A stretch of 64,000 nt of DNA from NCBI GenBank assembly GCA_038087875.1, contig CM075993.1, forward strand, positions 8,744,001 to 8,808,000, read 5' to 3'. Under the pieces are notes generated by a model. That model was not told where the DNA came from. It saw only the letters and a list, made by a program, of their open reading frames with translations, and did not search any database. Of the stretch, positions 22,631 through 35,199 are shown piece after piece. Origin of the DNA: Malacoraja senta (taxonomy: Eukaryota). Position numbers and translations under genes: made by a program. Each line of letters starts with the position of its first letter. Positions within the stretch are counted from its first letter, which is position 1.

Positions 22631-25377
22631 ACGCTTGGAGTGCTTTAGAAGGTCCGGCTTCTAAAGACTACAAAAAGTAGTAAACACTGCCCAGTCCATC
22701 ATCGGCTCTGACCTCCCTTCCATCGAGGGGATCTACCACAGTCGCTGCCTCAAAAAGGCTGGCAGCATCATCAAGGACCCACACCATCCTGGCCACACAC
22801 TCATCTCCCTACTACCTTCAGGTAGAAGGTACAGGAGCCTGAAGACTGCAACGACCTGGTTCAGGAACAGCTACTTCCCCACAGCCATCAGGCTATTAAA
22901 CCTGGCTCGGACATAACACTGAACTTTACTAGCCAATACTGTTATTTGCACTTTATCAGTATATTGACCATTGTGTATATATTTATAGAATGCCTTGTAG
23001 TAAATGCCTACTATGTTCTGTTGTGCTCAAGCAAAGCAAGAATTTCATTGTCCTACCAGGGACACATGACAATAAACTCACTTCACTTGACTTGACTTGG
23101 CTCAATGTTGGCCTAAGGGAGAGCCAGCGTAGGAAGTATTTGGGAAAGTCCGGTTCAGCGCTGGCCTACAGGTGAGCCAGTGTGAGCAAATGTTTGGTTA
23201 AAGGATGCGTTGGTCTACAGGAGAGCCAGCGCCAACTATATCTGGAAGTTAACGTTGGCCTACAGGTGAGCCAGCGCCAGCAGCACCTGAAAGAGGGCTG
23301 CCTATGTGTTTATATCACAACAAGGTTGAATTAGCACTCATGTGTAGTGCGCACTTTCAAATAACTGTATTTATAAAAGTGCTATAAAACCTAATATATA
23401 CCCTAAGTTTGGGGGTTCTGTATACCATCTAATATTTAAATTGTCTATTAATCTGTTTTTAGAAAGATCTAGCCAAAAAAAAGGTATGATCCTGTGTGAT
23501 TGACAGATCAAATTAAGGCAGTTTTCCCGACCAATATGTGGTGACTGGGGATAGTAAAGTATCAATTTTGTCTTTCCCATCTGTGCGTTATAGGCGCACT
23601 CCTCCTGAGATATATGGAAGTTATAATAGTCCACTAAGATCAGGGGATAACAATTGCCATAAGCAAACCCTGAGGAGGAGGTCTGGTTCTGTAAGAAACA
23701 TATTAAATGTTTTACACTTACAAGTTGGGAAAGATTACAATTCTTGCTAAAAGATGGCAATTTGATATTATACTGTACAGTATTGTGGGGTTTAGAATGT
23801 AGTTCTACCCATATTTGGTTTCTCTTACTAAGGTATTTGAAACCAGACACATATTTCTCAAAATAAGAGAATATGTAGATTCAGACAAAACATGAAATAT
23901 TGTGAAAAAGAGACGATTAAGAAGTCAGTTCACCATTACCATCAATTAATGCCAAATATGTTATGAGAGCAAATAAGGATGGTGGGTGTAGAATTATTCT
24001 AGATCCGACACATTTTAACTCTTTTTTTGTACAGTATAAACAGTTGGTAACATTTGTTAATGTTATACAGCCAATTTAAAAAATATGCATTTTACTATGT
24101 GACTGTGTATGGTAATAATAGATATTTTAATTTTATCTGGATAAGCCAATTATGGCAATTTAAAGCATTGTATTAATGTTTAATCTCAGCCTTGAGATTA
24201 TTTGACAGGTTGGATCTAATATTAGCTTTACTAAGAACTCAGGGCCATTTGGTAATGGTCTATTGCTATATTCTGATTGTAGGAAGCATTCGGACTACAA
24301 CAGAACCACGAGTGTTAGAATCAAGCTCACTTTGGAGATTTATTAACCATCGAGATAAATCTAAACAGTTTCCAAACACAGTTATTGATTATTTGGGTTC
24401 CATTATTAAAAGAGAACACATAATTGTGATCCGACTACAGATTAAGGCTGCATTTAAGTGGAAGTTGTATAAAGCTCATTATAGAGCATCAACCATTGTA
24501 TAAAGCTCATTATAGAGCACTAATCCTCAATTAGGCATTTAATTGGAAGTTGTAATAAGCTCATTACAGAGCACCAACCCTCAATTAGGCAGGAAGCAAG
24601 CCTACTTTACAAACTTTTTGCTTATTTTCAGCTGTAGAATTTAGACTGCTGCATTATCAGAATTTACAGTAAGCATGGATAGAGGAATGGATAATACAAT
24701 TTAGGGCAAGTTTGCCAGGCCATGTATTTGCCAGTTGCAGTTATTACTGGAATATTAATGAATCAGGAGTGTCTCAAATGCCTCTAGAGAGATTATGGCT
24801 GAACACCTTCCATTATGCTACACACTAATTGTAGTGCTCTAAGTTGAGGTCATACTTATAAGTATTTTCAGCTGTGGTGGTGCATGGAATATGAAGAAAG
24901 TACCTTTTGATCCAATAACAAGGGATCATTAATGAAAGTTTTAGGAACAGTTATGGCCTAAAGCTTATTGCTCTTATATGCAAAGTTTGCATGTTTAGAT
25001 ATAGATTGACATTACGGAATAGAACGTATGTCAATCATTTGTGGTATAAGTCAGTATCTTGTAATAGACTGGCTAATGTGATCTGGATCTGGTGTTTACC
25101 AGAAATATTTGATTGGCAATCTACCTATGATGTAGATTCAATATAGTTGAAGAATCAAGGTCATGTAAATCAATGATAATACAGAATGAATGTTGGATCG
25201 TGACAAATTTAATAATATTGTTGCACGATTGAGGATTTGTTTGTATCCAGATTTAGCCACCAATTACCTAAATATATGTTATAGAGCCTGATACTGGGGC
25301 AGTAGCGGTGGATGTTTTCTCGCTGCATTGGGGTAAAATGTTTGTATACATTTTTTCCCATTTAACAGTATATATAG

Positions 25378-28300
25378 AAGAGCAAACAGGATTCCGTTTC
25401 GGGAGTATTGGTGGTACTAGATTGGATCTACAAAACCATGGTACCCTCAGTGAGACGTGGGGAGACTTGACACGGAGCTAAAGCTAATTAGCAGCAAGAT
25501 GCCTCCTTTCTCCGCAGATGACTACCACAAACTTCTACAGAAGATTGCAGTACTGGAAACTAAAATGCACAGGTTAGAAGTGAATGTGGAAGTGAATGGA
25601 CAATGTGGAAATGATACCACTTTACCATGGACTCAAAACAGTGGACAAGATAATGCTAACAGACGGCTAGATAGCACTACAAAGAAACAGGAGAATCTTG
25701 TACAGGGTAATAAATCTATAAGTTATCCCTGGAACTCTCTTGGTGATAAGCCTAAAAGTAAATCAACTCCCTGGGAAATGCGAGGGCGATTAATAGGCAG
25801 AGCCCAGCGCAGTGAGATTTGTGATGCGACTGGCTGGCCTGCTTTACCACCCCGGCATAGCGCCTCTTCAACCCCTGCTCCTAGCAGGAAAGAGCCCTGG
25901 ACAACTGCTAAAGGGAGGAATAACAACAAACCTCCTAAACAACAATGTGTACAACTGGAGAACAGATATGCTTCCCTGCTGCAGGATCCTGGATCCCCGT
26001 CTGACGACCTGGATAATTTTTCATCTGCTCACAATGGGGTAGGAGCTGAAAGTAACTCAGAAAGTAAAAGGCTACAGAAAAAGCTAAAGACTGGGCCTGA
26101 GACTCTGATTGTGGGTGACTCTGCTGTTAAAGATATGAGAAGCTTTTGCAGTAAGAACACCAACGTTTTATGCTTCCCCAAGGACATGGTAACTGACATG
26201 AGAGAAAAAACATGGATATCGTGACTGAGCACCCAACGGTGAAATACATCATATTGCACATAGGGTCAAATGATGTTGTGAAACAGCAGTCTGAAGTACT
26301 GAAGCAAGACTTTATTGATCTGCTAAACACAGTCAGCTGTCTGAACATTGAAGTCTCCATCAGTGGGCCACTGCCGCCGGTCGGAAAAGGAGTCGAGAAA
26401 TTTTCAAGACTTTTGAGTCTTAACACATGGCTTTCAACTGCATGTGCCCTCCTTTCAGTTACTTTTATTGACAATTTCAACTTTCTCTGGGATCGCAGAC
26501 ATCTTTTTAAAGCAGATGGACTATGCCTAAACAGGCTGGGAATACAACTTTTCATGTCAAACCTATTTTATCTCCTGCGTCACCCATCTGTTCCCTCCGC
26601 CAAGGACAGTAGACAGAAGGAATCAAAACATGAAGATGCCAAAACAAAACTCCCTGAAAGAGAGCCTGTTCAGCCCCCGCCTGAAGAGAGCTTTGGCCAT
26701 GACAGACATCAGCGCAGAGAGGAAGAGTCCCCACCTCCCACCTTACCAACAAATTCACCTCCCTCTCCTCCCCAAACCCCATCCAGGTCACCCTTCTCTA
26801 TACCCTTTCCCCCTCTTCCCCTCTCTTGGAGTTCACTGACCATATGAAACAGCTGGTCATTGCTGGAACCAAATTCACACCCCGCCCTACTCCCAGGTTC
26901 CGTCCCTCAAATGCCCCACTGCCCCCTCTCCTACCATTGGCTCTAAGTCCTCATCGAGTTCTGGCAAAATCGCCAAAGGAACGACCTGCACCACCCCCAC
27001 CTCTGCAACGAGGGCAGAATCATCCTCTGTCTCCACAGCCTGATAACAGTACAGCACATTCCGTTACTTGTGTACAAAATACAGCAAGCTCTAACTGATA
27101 TGTGCTGGGCTCAGGCTACAGGACAGATTGCACTCATGACTTTTTCCAGGATAAGTCGGGACCCAATACGCTGGTAGCTTGCTCAGTTCCAGTCTTAATA
27201 AGTAAACGAAAAAGGCAAAACAAGACGCACTCAACTCATTCTGCTAATTTATCGAATTTAGCACCCATTCCTCATCAGCCACAGCCAGTAGATAATGATT
27301 TTAACACACTAAACCTAGCTTTATTAATGTCAGGTCTTTGGCAGGAAAAACATTTTTAATCAATGATTTTATTATCAGGCACGATCTTGATTGTTTGTTC
27401 TTAACTGAAACCTGGTTAGATCAAAACAACAGTGCTGCTGTTCTTATTGAATCAACTCCTCCCAACTTCAGTTTTATAAGTGAGGCCAGAGTGCATAAGA
27501 AAGGAGGAGGAGTGGCTGTTCTGTTTAATGATTCCCTCCAATGCAAGCAGATATCTTATGGAAACTTTGCCTCCTTTGAATATGTGGCTGTTAAGTTGAA
27601 CTCTTCTTCCCGAGTTATGTTCCTAAATGTCTACAGGCCACCTAAATACTGTGCAGCCTTTTTTGACGAATTTTCTGAACTACTGTCTACAATCTGTTTT
27701 GACTTTGACTGTGTAGTTATTGTTGGTGATTTTAACATTCATGTTGACAAACTCCATGATAAGGGGACTAAAGAACTGTATTGTGTCATTGATAACTATG
27801 GACTGAATCAGCATGTGACGGAGCCCACACACAACAAAGGTCACACTCTGGACTTAGTCATGTCCAAGGGTGTTAGCATTTCTAAGGTTGTTGTGATTGA
27901 TGCTGCCCTCTCTGATCATTCCTGTGTTTTCTTTGAGAGTGCTATCTCTGTGCAGACTAATGTTCAAAGAAAAGTAATCACAAAACGGTACATAACAGAA
28001 AACACCTGTGGAACATTTATTCAGGCTTTCTCCTCCATGCCCACTCTCCCCTGGGTCTCAGTAAATGAGCTTGTCGATAATTTCAATGTGAAAATTACAA
28101 ATATTATTGATGCCATTGCACCCACTAAGGTGAAAGTGGTCCCTGGCAAAAAGAAGTCTCCATGGAGAAACGCCACATTGGTAAAAATTGAAAAAAGAGA
28201 GTGTCGGAAAGCTGAACGTAGGTGGCGGAAAACAAATCTCCAGGTTCACTTTTACATCTATAAAGAAAGACTTCGCATCTACAACTTGGAACTGAGAAAT

Positions 28301-30360
28301 GCAAGGCAATCCTTCTTCTCTGACATTATTGCCAAAAACAATAATAATGCACGGGCCTTGTTTACTACTGTCGACAGGCTAACAAACCCTCCTGTGTCAG
28401 TAGCCCCTGAACTGCTTTCCACAAGGGCCTGTAATGATTTGCCTCCTTCTTCACCGACAAAATTCAGAATATTAGGCAAGCAGTCAGTGCCTCCACATCA
28501 GGTGCAGGACATGTGTTGTCCATGTGTCCACTTATAATCAATTCAAATACCATGACACAATTTTATGTTATTAACCATAAAACCTTGGAGGACATTATAC
28601 AACATTTGAAATCCTCCTCCTGCTGCCTCAATATTCTACCAACAGGCCTTTTCAAAGGTGTATCAAACTGCATGACCTCAGACCTTTTACAGATTGTAAA
28701 CACGTCCCTTCTCTCAGGTGTCTTCCCACAGGCCCTGAAAACTGCTGTTATCAAGCCTCTCTTAAAAAAGAAGAACTTAGACACTTCACTACTGAACAAT
28801 TACAGACCAATATCAAACCTCCCATTTCTCAGTAAAATCATTGAAAAAGCTGTTTTTAAGCAGCTGAACAATTTCATGTTAATGAACAGCTGTTTTGATG
28901 TCTTCCAGTCAGGATTTAGACCACACCACAGCACCGAGACGGCTCTTGTTAAGGTCTTCAATGACATTCACTTAAACACAGACAATGGCAAAATTTCAGT
29001 CTTAGTATTACTAGATCTCAGTGCTGCATTTGACACAGTCGATCACAACATATTACTAGACCGTCGGGAAAACTGGGTGGGACTTTCGGGCACAGCATTA
29101 AAATGGTTTGAATCCTACTTGAAGGACAGGGACTACTTTGAGTCTATAGGTAATTACACATCTGAGCGTGCAAAAATTACATGTGGAGTTCCCCAGGGCT
29201 CCATTCTGGGGCCTCTTCTGTTTAACATCTACATGCTTCCACTGGCTCAGATCATGAAAAACATCAAAATATGTTACCATAGTTACGCAGACGACACACA
29301 AATCTACATAACAATATCACCAGGAGACTATAGTCCAATACAAGCACTGAGTAGATGCATTGAGCAAATCAACGATTGGATGAACCAGAATTTTCTCCAA
29401 TTAAACAAAGAAAAAACTGAAATAATTGTTTTTGGAGCCAAGGAAGAACGATTAAAAGTTAGCACCCAGCTTCAAATGGTAATGCTGAAAACAACAAACC
29501 AAGCCAGAAACTTAGGAGTAGTCATGGACTCAGACCTGAACTTCAACAGCCACATAAAAACAGTCACAAAGTCAGCCTACTATCACCTAAAGAATATATC
29601 AAGGATTAAAGGATTTATGTCTCAGCAGGATTTGGAAAAACTTGTCCATGCATTTATCTTCAGCAGGCTCGACTACTGTAACAGTGTCTTTACAGGTCTC
29701 CCTAAAAAGTCGATCAGACAGCTGCAGTTAATTCAGAACGCTGCTGTTCGAGTCCTCACTAAGACCAAAAAAGTAGATCACATTACTCCAGTTCTGAGGA
29801 CTTTACACTAGCTTCCTGTCTGTCAAAGAATTGATTTCAAAATACTACTGTTGGTTTACAAAGCACTGAATGGTTTAGGGCCAAAATACATTTCTGATCT
29901 TCTGCTTAGCTACGAACCACCAAGACCTCTCAGATCGTCTGGGACAGGTCTTCTCTGTGTCCCCAGAGTCAGAACTAAACATGGAGAGGCAGCATTTAGT
30001 TTTTATGCACCACATATCTGGAACAAACTCCCAGAAAACTGCAGGTCTGCTGCAACTCAGCTCTTTTAAATCTAGACTGAAGACTTTTCTGTTTGCCGCT
30101 GCCTTTCAGTAAACAATACAATTTATTAATTACCTATACTGCACTGTAACTTTTATTCCTGGTTTTATTCTATTTTAAATATTTTATTTGATTGCTTTTA
30201 ATTTTGTAATTATTTTATCTGAATAATCTAATAATCATTTTATATCTAAATGTCATTTTATATGTGTTTCTTTCAAATGCTTTAAATGTTTTATGTAAAG
30301 CACTTTGAATTACCTTGTGGTTGAAAGGTGCTATACAAATAAACTTGCTTTGCCTTGCCT
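25378..30360 (+). mobile_element. L2-clade LINE, near full length: ORF1 coiled-coil plus SGNH esterase, ORF2 APE + RT
   Basis: ORF1 (ATG 25499) LIVGDS, ILHIGSNDV, DGLCLN; ORF2 [87 protein letters not shown]; 3' AAAGCACTTTG..GTGCTATACAAATAAA and (TTGCC)n tail. Confidence 0.92.
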
Positions 30361-32682
30361 TTAAAATGATCACAAAGCCTCTTATGATTTCCAAACAGAA
30401 TTAATCTGTTTGTGCACTCTATAACTGATGATTCACATCCTTTGCATAATCGTATTGGTTTGTTGATTTACAGATTTTAAGGAGTGACATTTATCGGAAG
30501 AGGACTATCAGATTGTACTGTGGATATTATTGCAATCTGGAGGGATATTACCCAGAAGTAGTACATTTCTTACATAAGGAAATGGGATATGTTTTGCTTA
30601 AGCAGAATATTACATATCACACTATAGACATATCAGTAGTGTTAGAGTTCTGTAAACTCTTTATTTTATTAGCAGTTAAGCTATAATGCTATGAATACTG
30701 CAAGGAGTGCCGTTACTGCATATCTATGGAGGAATCAGAATAAAATGTAGGGTTACACCCTTTGATCTGCAGATTTATGAAAGGATTTTAATTCTAAACC
30801 TCTTAGACACAAGTATACAATAATCTGGAATGTAAGAGATATGTTATATTGTTTTTTGTTAATGGACTCCTATTACAGTGCTGTCCTTGGCTTGAATCAC
30901 CGTTAAGGAAGTCAAGTTCAGGGGACTGGTTCATGCACAGAGTGCAACTATTGCAGAGTGTAAGAATAGACATGATGGAAAGAGACACAGTTACTATTGT
31001 GTTCTATGTCTATGAAATGCTTAAACAGAGTAGATGTGGAATCACAGGATGTAAGTTGGGGTTTCAGCATATCCTACGGATCCACGTCTATGCGTGGTAT
31101 CACATTTACAATGTTAGATTGAAGCTATCAGAACCTTAAAGAGGTTCAGTATCAGTATTTTATTAGCCATAAATAGCTGCATAAGAAAGTGTTGGTTTAG
31201 ACTATTTTAAAATGGCTGAAGCATGTGTTGCTCGATGCAGGTATTGATACTGACAAATTTAAATCTTATTTCACCAGGGCACCATCAATTTTGACGGCCA
31301 AGGAATTGGATGTTCTAATAGAACATATCCTCGTGGCTGCAGGCATAAGTGAAAGAATTCATAAGTATTACCATAAGAAGATTATAATACCTGTGGTTAT
31401 TTGGTGGTGTTATTTTTGGATTTAGTATTAAATATTCCTCTTGTGATAAAGGGGTTACTATTATGGTGATAAATTAACCATTAACTGGTTGCATCCATGT
31501 TGTGGTTGTGCATTGTTGATTGTTTTACTTATTTAGAGTCAATCAATGCAGTGAGCGCCTGGATTTGAATCTACGGCGTGAAATCACAGAGCTTTGAAAT
31601 CTTCACGTAGTCACTCACGTGACTCCGAAGTAAAATAGTAAGATTAAACGAGAACTTACCAGTTTGAAGTTTGATCTTTATTTTATGAGGAGTTACGTTG
31701 AGGGACTACGTGCCCTCCGCTCCCACCCTCATAAAGATCGAGCTGGTAGTTCTAGTCTTTACGTATCTTACTATCATACTTCAGTAATTGTTGTCTGTGA
31801 TTTCACTCCGCTGCTTTGAAGATTGACGCGTGTGCAGCTGGACGGGCTCTTCTTCACGTAGTCCCTCAACGTAACTCCTCATAAAATAAAGATCAAACTT
31901 CAAACTGGTAAGTTCTCGTTTAATCTTACTATTATTCACCGTAATTGCTGGATAAATGAGATATCCGTTCTTAAAGCATGTTGAGGAAAAAACTAAGTGT
32001 GTAGGCAGTTGCATTTAGAAAGACTGATGTAGCATTTGATGTTTGCAAGTCTGTTCATAAGCTCTAGGATGAGAAAGTAGCAGTAGCGTTAGGTCAGCTG
32101 GCAAAATGATAAAGTTACTAGATAGGGAAGAAGTTGATGTTCCCATTGGTAAGCCTAGGGTATCCTTCCTATAATTATGGGGCAGCTGGCCTTCCAGGGA
32201 CAGTGCTCAAGCTGAATACTTGTGAGAGTTGATGTGGTGGAAAATGGCATACTTTAAGAATGCAGTTATCACAGACTAAATAGATGTGAGTCTATCTACT
32301 CGCCCATGTGTTTTCACGCTTTTATGCACGATTTTCAGTATCAATGCTACTGATCATTCCTGAAAAAAATGGTGCCTCCAGGCACATGATGCACCATTTT
32401 TCTGCTTGGCTATAGTGAACTATAGTTTGGTGGGGGTGGGGGTAGGGACACTGTGGTTGTAGCAGTGAATTTTCATTACTTAAATCAGCAATTGAAATAA
32501 AAGCGTGCTTAACGTATATTTTCCTCCACACTGTTTGAAACTCTGCCAAAACAGCACAGCTTCAGGCAATTACATAAATCTAGTTTTCACAGTGAGAAAA
32601 GAAACATAGGATTAGCTACAGGCACTTTAGCTCTTAAATTTGTCCTATCATTCAATGTGATTTTGGCTAATCTGTATGCATT

Positions 32683-33560
32683 GAATAAGCTAGTTCGGTA
32701 TTCCGACTGCGCATGCCCAGGTCATAGGTCACAAGCGAAAAACATTCTCGGCAGCCTTGCTACGGCATGCACACAGACCTATGCCTCATCTGCAGCCAGG
32801 ATCAATCTCGGGACTCCAGCGCCGCAATCGCTGCCAGACCGCCACTGGACCATCTCCATCCCCTCCCGAGTGCCCCCGCCCCCCCCCCCACCACCATCCG
32901 GGGGCACCAAGAGACGTCAGGAGTCAGAAGGGAGCGGCGCCCCCATGCCCACAGCCAGCTCAGAGAAGCAGCATTAAATCCAGCTCAACTCTGCCTGTCT
33001 AGCGGGGTTAACCTACCAGCCTTGCCTGGACTTACGGAATGACGGACCAGGCTAACAGCCAGCACGGAGAAGCAGCGCTAAATCCAGCTCAACTCTGCCT
33101 GTCTCGCCGGGTTAACCTACCAGCCCTGCTTGGACTTACGGGAACGACGGCCCAGACTTACAGCCAGCGCGGAGAAGCAGCGCTAACTCCACGGCTCCGG
33201 GCTGGTGTCCCGTCAGTCCAGGCAGGGCCGTAGGTTAACCCGGCGAGACAGACAGAGTTAAGCTGGATTTAGCGCTGCTTCTCCGCGATGGCTGTGGGCG
33301 TGGGGGCGCCGCTCTTGTCCGATTCTCGACGTCTCTGGCCGACCCCGGACGGAGGGGGAGCACTCGGGAGGGGACGGGGATGGTCCAGTTGCGGTTCGGC
33401 AGTGATTGCGGTGCCGGAAACCCGGATTCGGTACTGGCTGCAGATGAGGCGCAGGTCTGTGTCCATGTCGCTGCACGGCTGCCAAGAGTTTTTATCGATT
33501 GTGACCTTTGACAAATCCCATGATTCCTTGCGTTTTTCGGAATACCAAACTCGCTTATTC
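32683..33560. mobile_element. MITE/fold-back element with 24-bp TIRs and long internal inverted arms
   Basis: GAATAAGCTAGTTCGGTATTCCGA at 32683 versus TCGGAATACCAAACTCGCTTATTC ending 33560 (2 mismatches); ~32750-33015 is an imperfect reverse complement of ~33232-33485. Confidence 0.75.
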
Positions 33561-34184
33561 TATCCACAAACCCAGCTTTTTCCCATATCCCTTAGTATCT
33601 CTGTTTAACATCAATCAAACACATATATAAAAGTAACAGTCAATAAATATTCATTCTCAGAGAGTGATCCAAGCTTCGAGCACTCGTTTAAATTCAAAGG
33701 CTTGATTTTAATTTTAAAGTTTTTCTCCTGAACTGAGACCACAATAATATTCCAAATTATAGAAAATACGATGCAAGTTTGTGTGTATACTTCTTGTAAT
33801 TTAAACTTCGGGACTAACATCATTCTGGAAAATCTAACAGCTTTATCTTGAAGGCCAAAGTATTCAGTCGGTACTCTAAGGTAGACAAGTTTTGCACAAA
33901 ATGCTGGAGTATTCTTTCTCTCCAGAGATGCTGCCTGTCCTGCTGAGTTACTCCAGCATTTTGTGTCTACCAGAGATTAGTTTAACTTGGCATCGTGTTT
34001 GGCACGAGCAAAGTGGGCTGAAAGGACTGCTGCACAGTTGTGTGTTTCATGTTCATCCAGAATTTTCTGTTTAAATTCAAAACTTTACATGGATTTCAGA
34101 GGGTAGAGGTGTGTTGAAGCAGTCAGAAAAACTTTGGTCAGATTACATTTAGAGTACTGACTGTGTAGGAAAGAACTTCAGATG

Positions 34185-34483
34185 GGAGTCCAGAACCAGG
34201 GGCCACAGTTTAAGAATAAGGGGTAAGCCATTTAGAACGGAGATGAGGAAACACTTTTTCACAGAGAGTTGTGAGTCTGTGGAATTCTCTGCCTCTGAGG
34301 GCGGTGGAGGCCGGTTCTCTGGATACTTTCAAGAGGGAGCTAGATAGGGCTCTTAAAGATAGCGGAGTCAGGGAATATGGAGAGAAGGCAGGAACGGGGT
34401 ACTGATTAGGGATGATCAGCCAAGACCACATTGAATGGCGGTGCTGGCTAGAAGGGCCGAATGGCCTACTGCACCTATTGTCT
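34185..34483 (+). mobile_element. CR1 3' end fragment
   Basis: Same 3' end as 1006-1300 in the opposite orientation (TRGHSLRIRGKPFRTEMRK plus 3' UTR). Confidence 0.85.
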
Positions 34484-34564
34484 ATGCTTGTTTAAATCGA
34501 AGGTAGACACAAAATGCTGGAGTAACTCAGTGGGACTGGAAGCATATCTGGAGAGAAGGAATGG

Positions 34565-34598
34565 GTGACGTTTCGGGTTCAGACCCTTCTTCAGACTG
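34565..34598 (-). ncRNA. Minimal hammerhead ribozyme motif in a Penelope terminal repeat
   Basis: Minus strand reads GT-CTGAAGA-A-GGGT-CTGA-ACCC-GAAAC-GTC-AC: CUGANGA box, stem II, GAAA box, palindromic ACGU in place of helix III, GUC triplet. Confidence 0.6.
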
Positions 34599-35199
34599 AA
34601 GGATCTCGACCCGAAACATCATCCATTCCTTCTCTCCAGAGATGCTACCAGTCCTGCTGAGTTACTCCAGCATTTTGTGTCTACCTTCGATTTAAACCAG
34701 CATCTGTAGTTCTTTCCTAAACTGATCTCTGCCTGCATGTGATCCATATCCCTCCATTCCCTGGTATCCATGTGCATATTCAAAAAGCATCTTAAATGTC
34801 ATTACCATATGTGCCTCCACCACCACTCCTGGCAGCACATAGCAGATTTTCTCCAGAGAAAACAATCCAAGTTTGTCCAATCTCTCCTTGAAGCTAATAC
34901 CCTCTAATTCATACTGCATCCTGATAAACCTGTTTTGCACACTCTCAAAGTCTCCACATCCTTCCTAGAATGAAGCGACCAGAACTGTAGACAGTACTCC
35001 CAATGCGATCTAACCAAAGTCTTATGAAGCTGAAACATAACTTTTCACCTCATACTCAATGCCTTATCCCATGAAGGCAAGCATTTTATCTGCCTTCATT
35101 ACCACTCCATCTATGTGTGTTGTCACTTTAAGGGAGCTATGGACTTAAATTCCATCTGCCATTTCTCCAGGGGAATCTTGGATGACCAAAGAGGTAGTA

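Larger units (their letters stand above)
17290..25377 (+). repeat. Direct tandem duplication, two units of ~4.04 kb (17290-21335 and 21337-25377)
   Basis: Both units start TTAGCGTTGGCCTAGAGGAGAGCC and end TTTAACAGTATATATAG. They are collinear with scattered substitutions and small indels; ORF pairs 19331/23371 and 17408/21455 are duplicated. Confidence 0.95.
16790..31933 (+). mobile_element. Decayed DIRS1-like tyrosine-recombinase retroelement carrying nested CR1, Rex1, L2 and a tandem duplication
   Basis: Starts ATTTTACTTCGGAGTCAC; ICR at ~31600-31712; 3' terminus ends CTTACTATT (31933). Eroded methylase remnants (TATCCAGATTTAACCACCAATTGCC) and recombinase remnants (LLDAGIDTDKFKSYFTRA) are collinear with the copy at 55702-61698. 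Confidence 0.75.

Noticed and set aside
19331..23850. Duplicated 159-aa minus-strand ORFs (19331-19810, 23371-23850) as a novel gene pair
   Set aside because: They lie antisense in decayed DIRS sequence, show no domain motifs and are duplicated only because of the tandem duplication.
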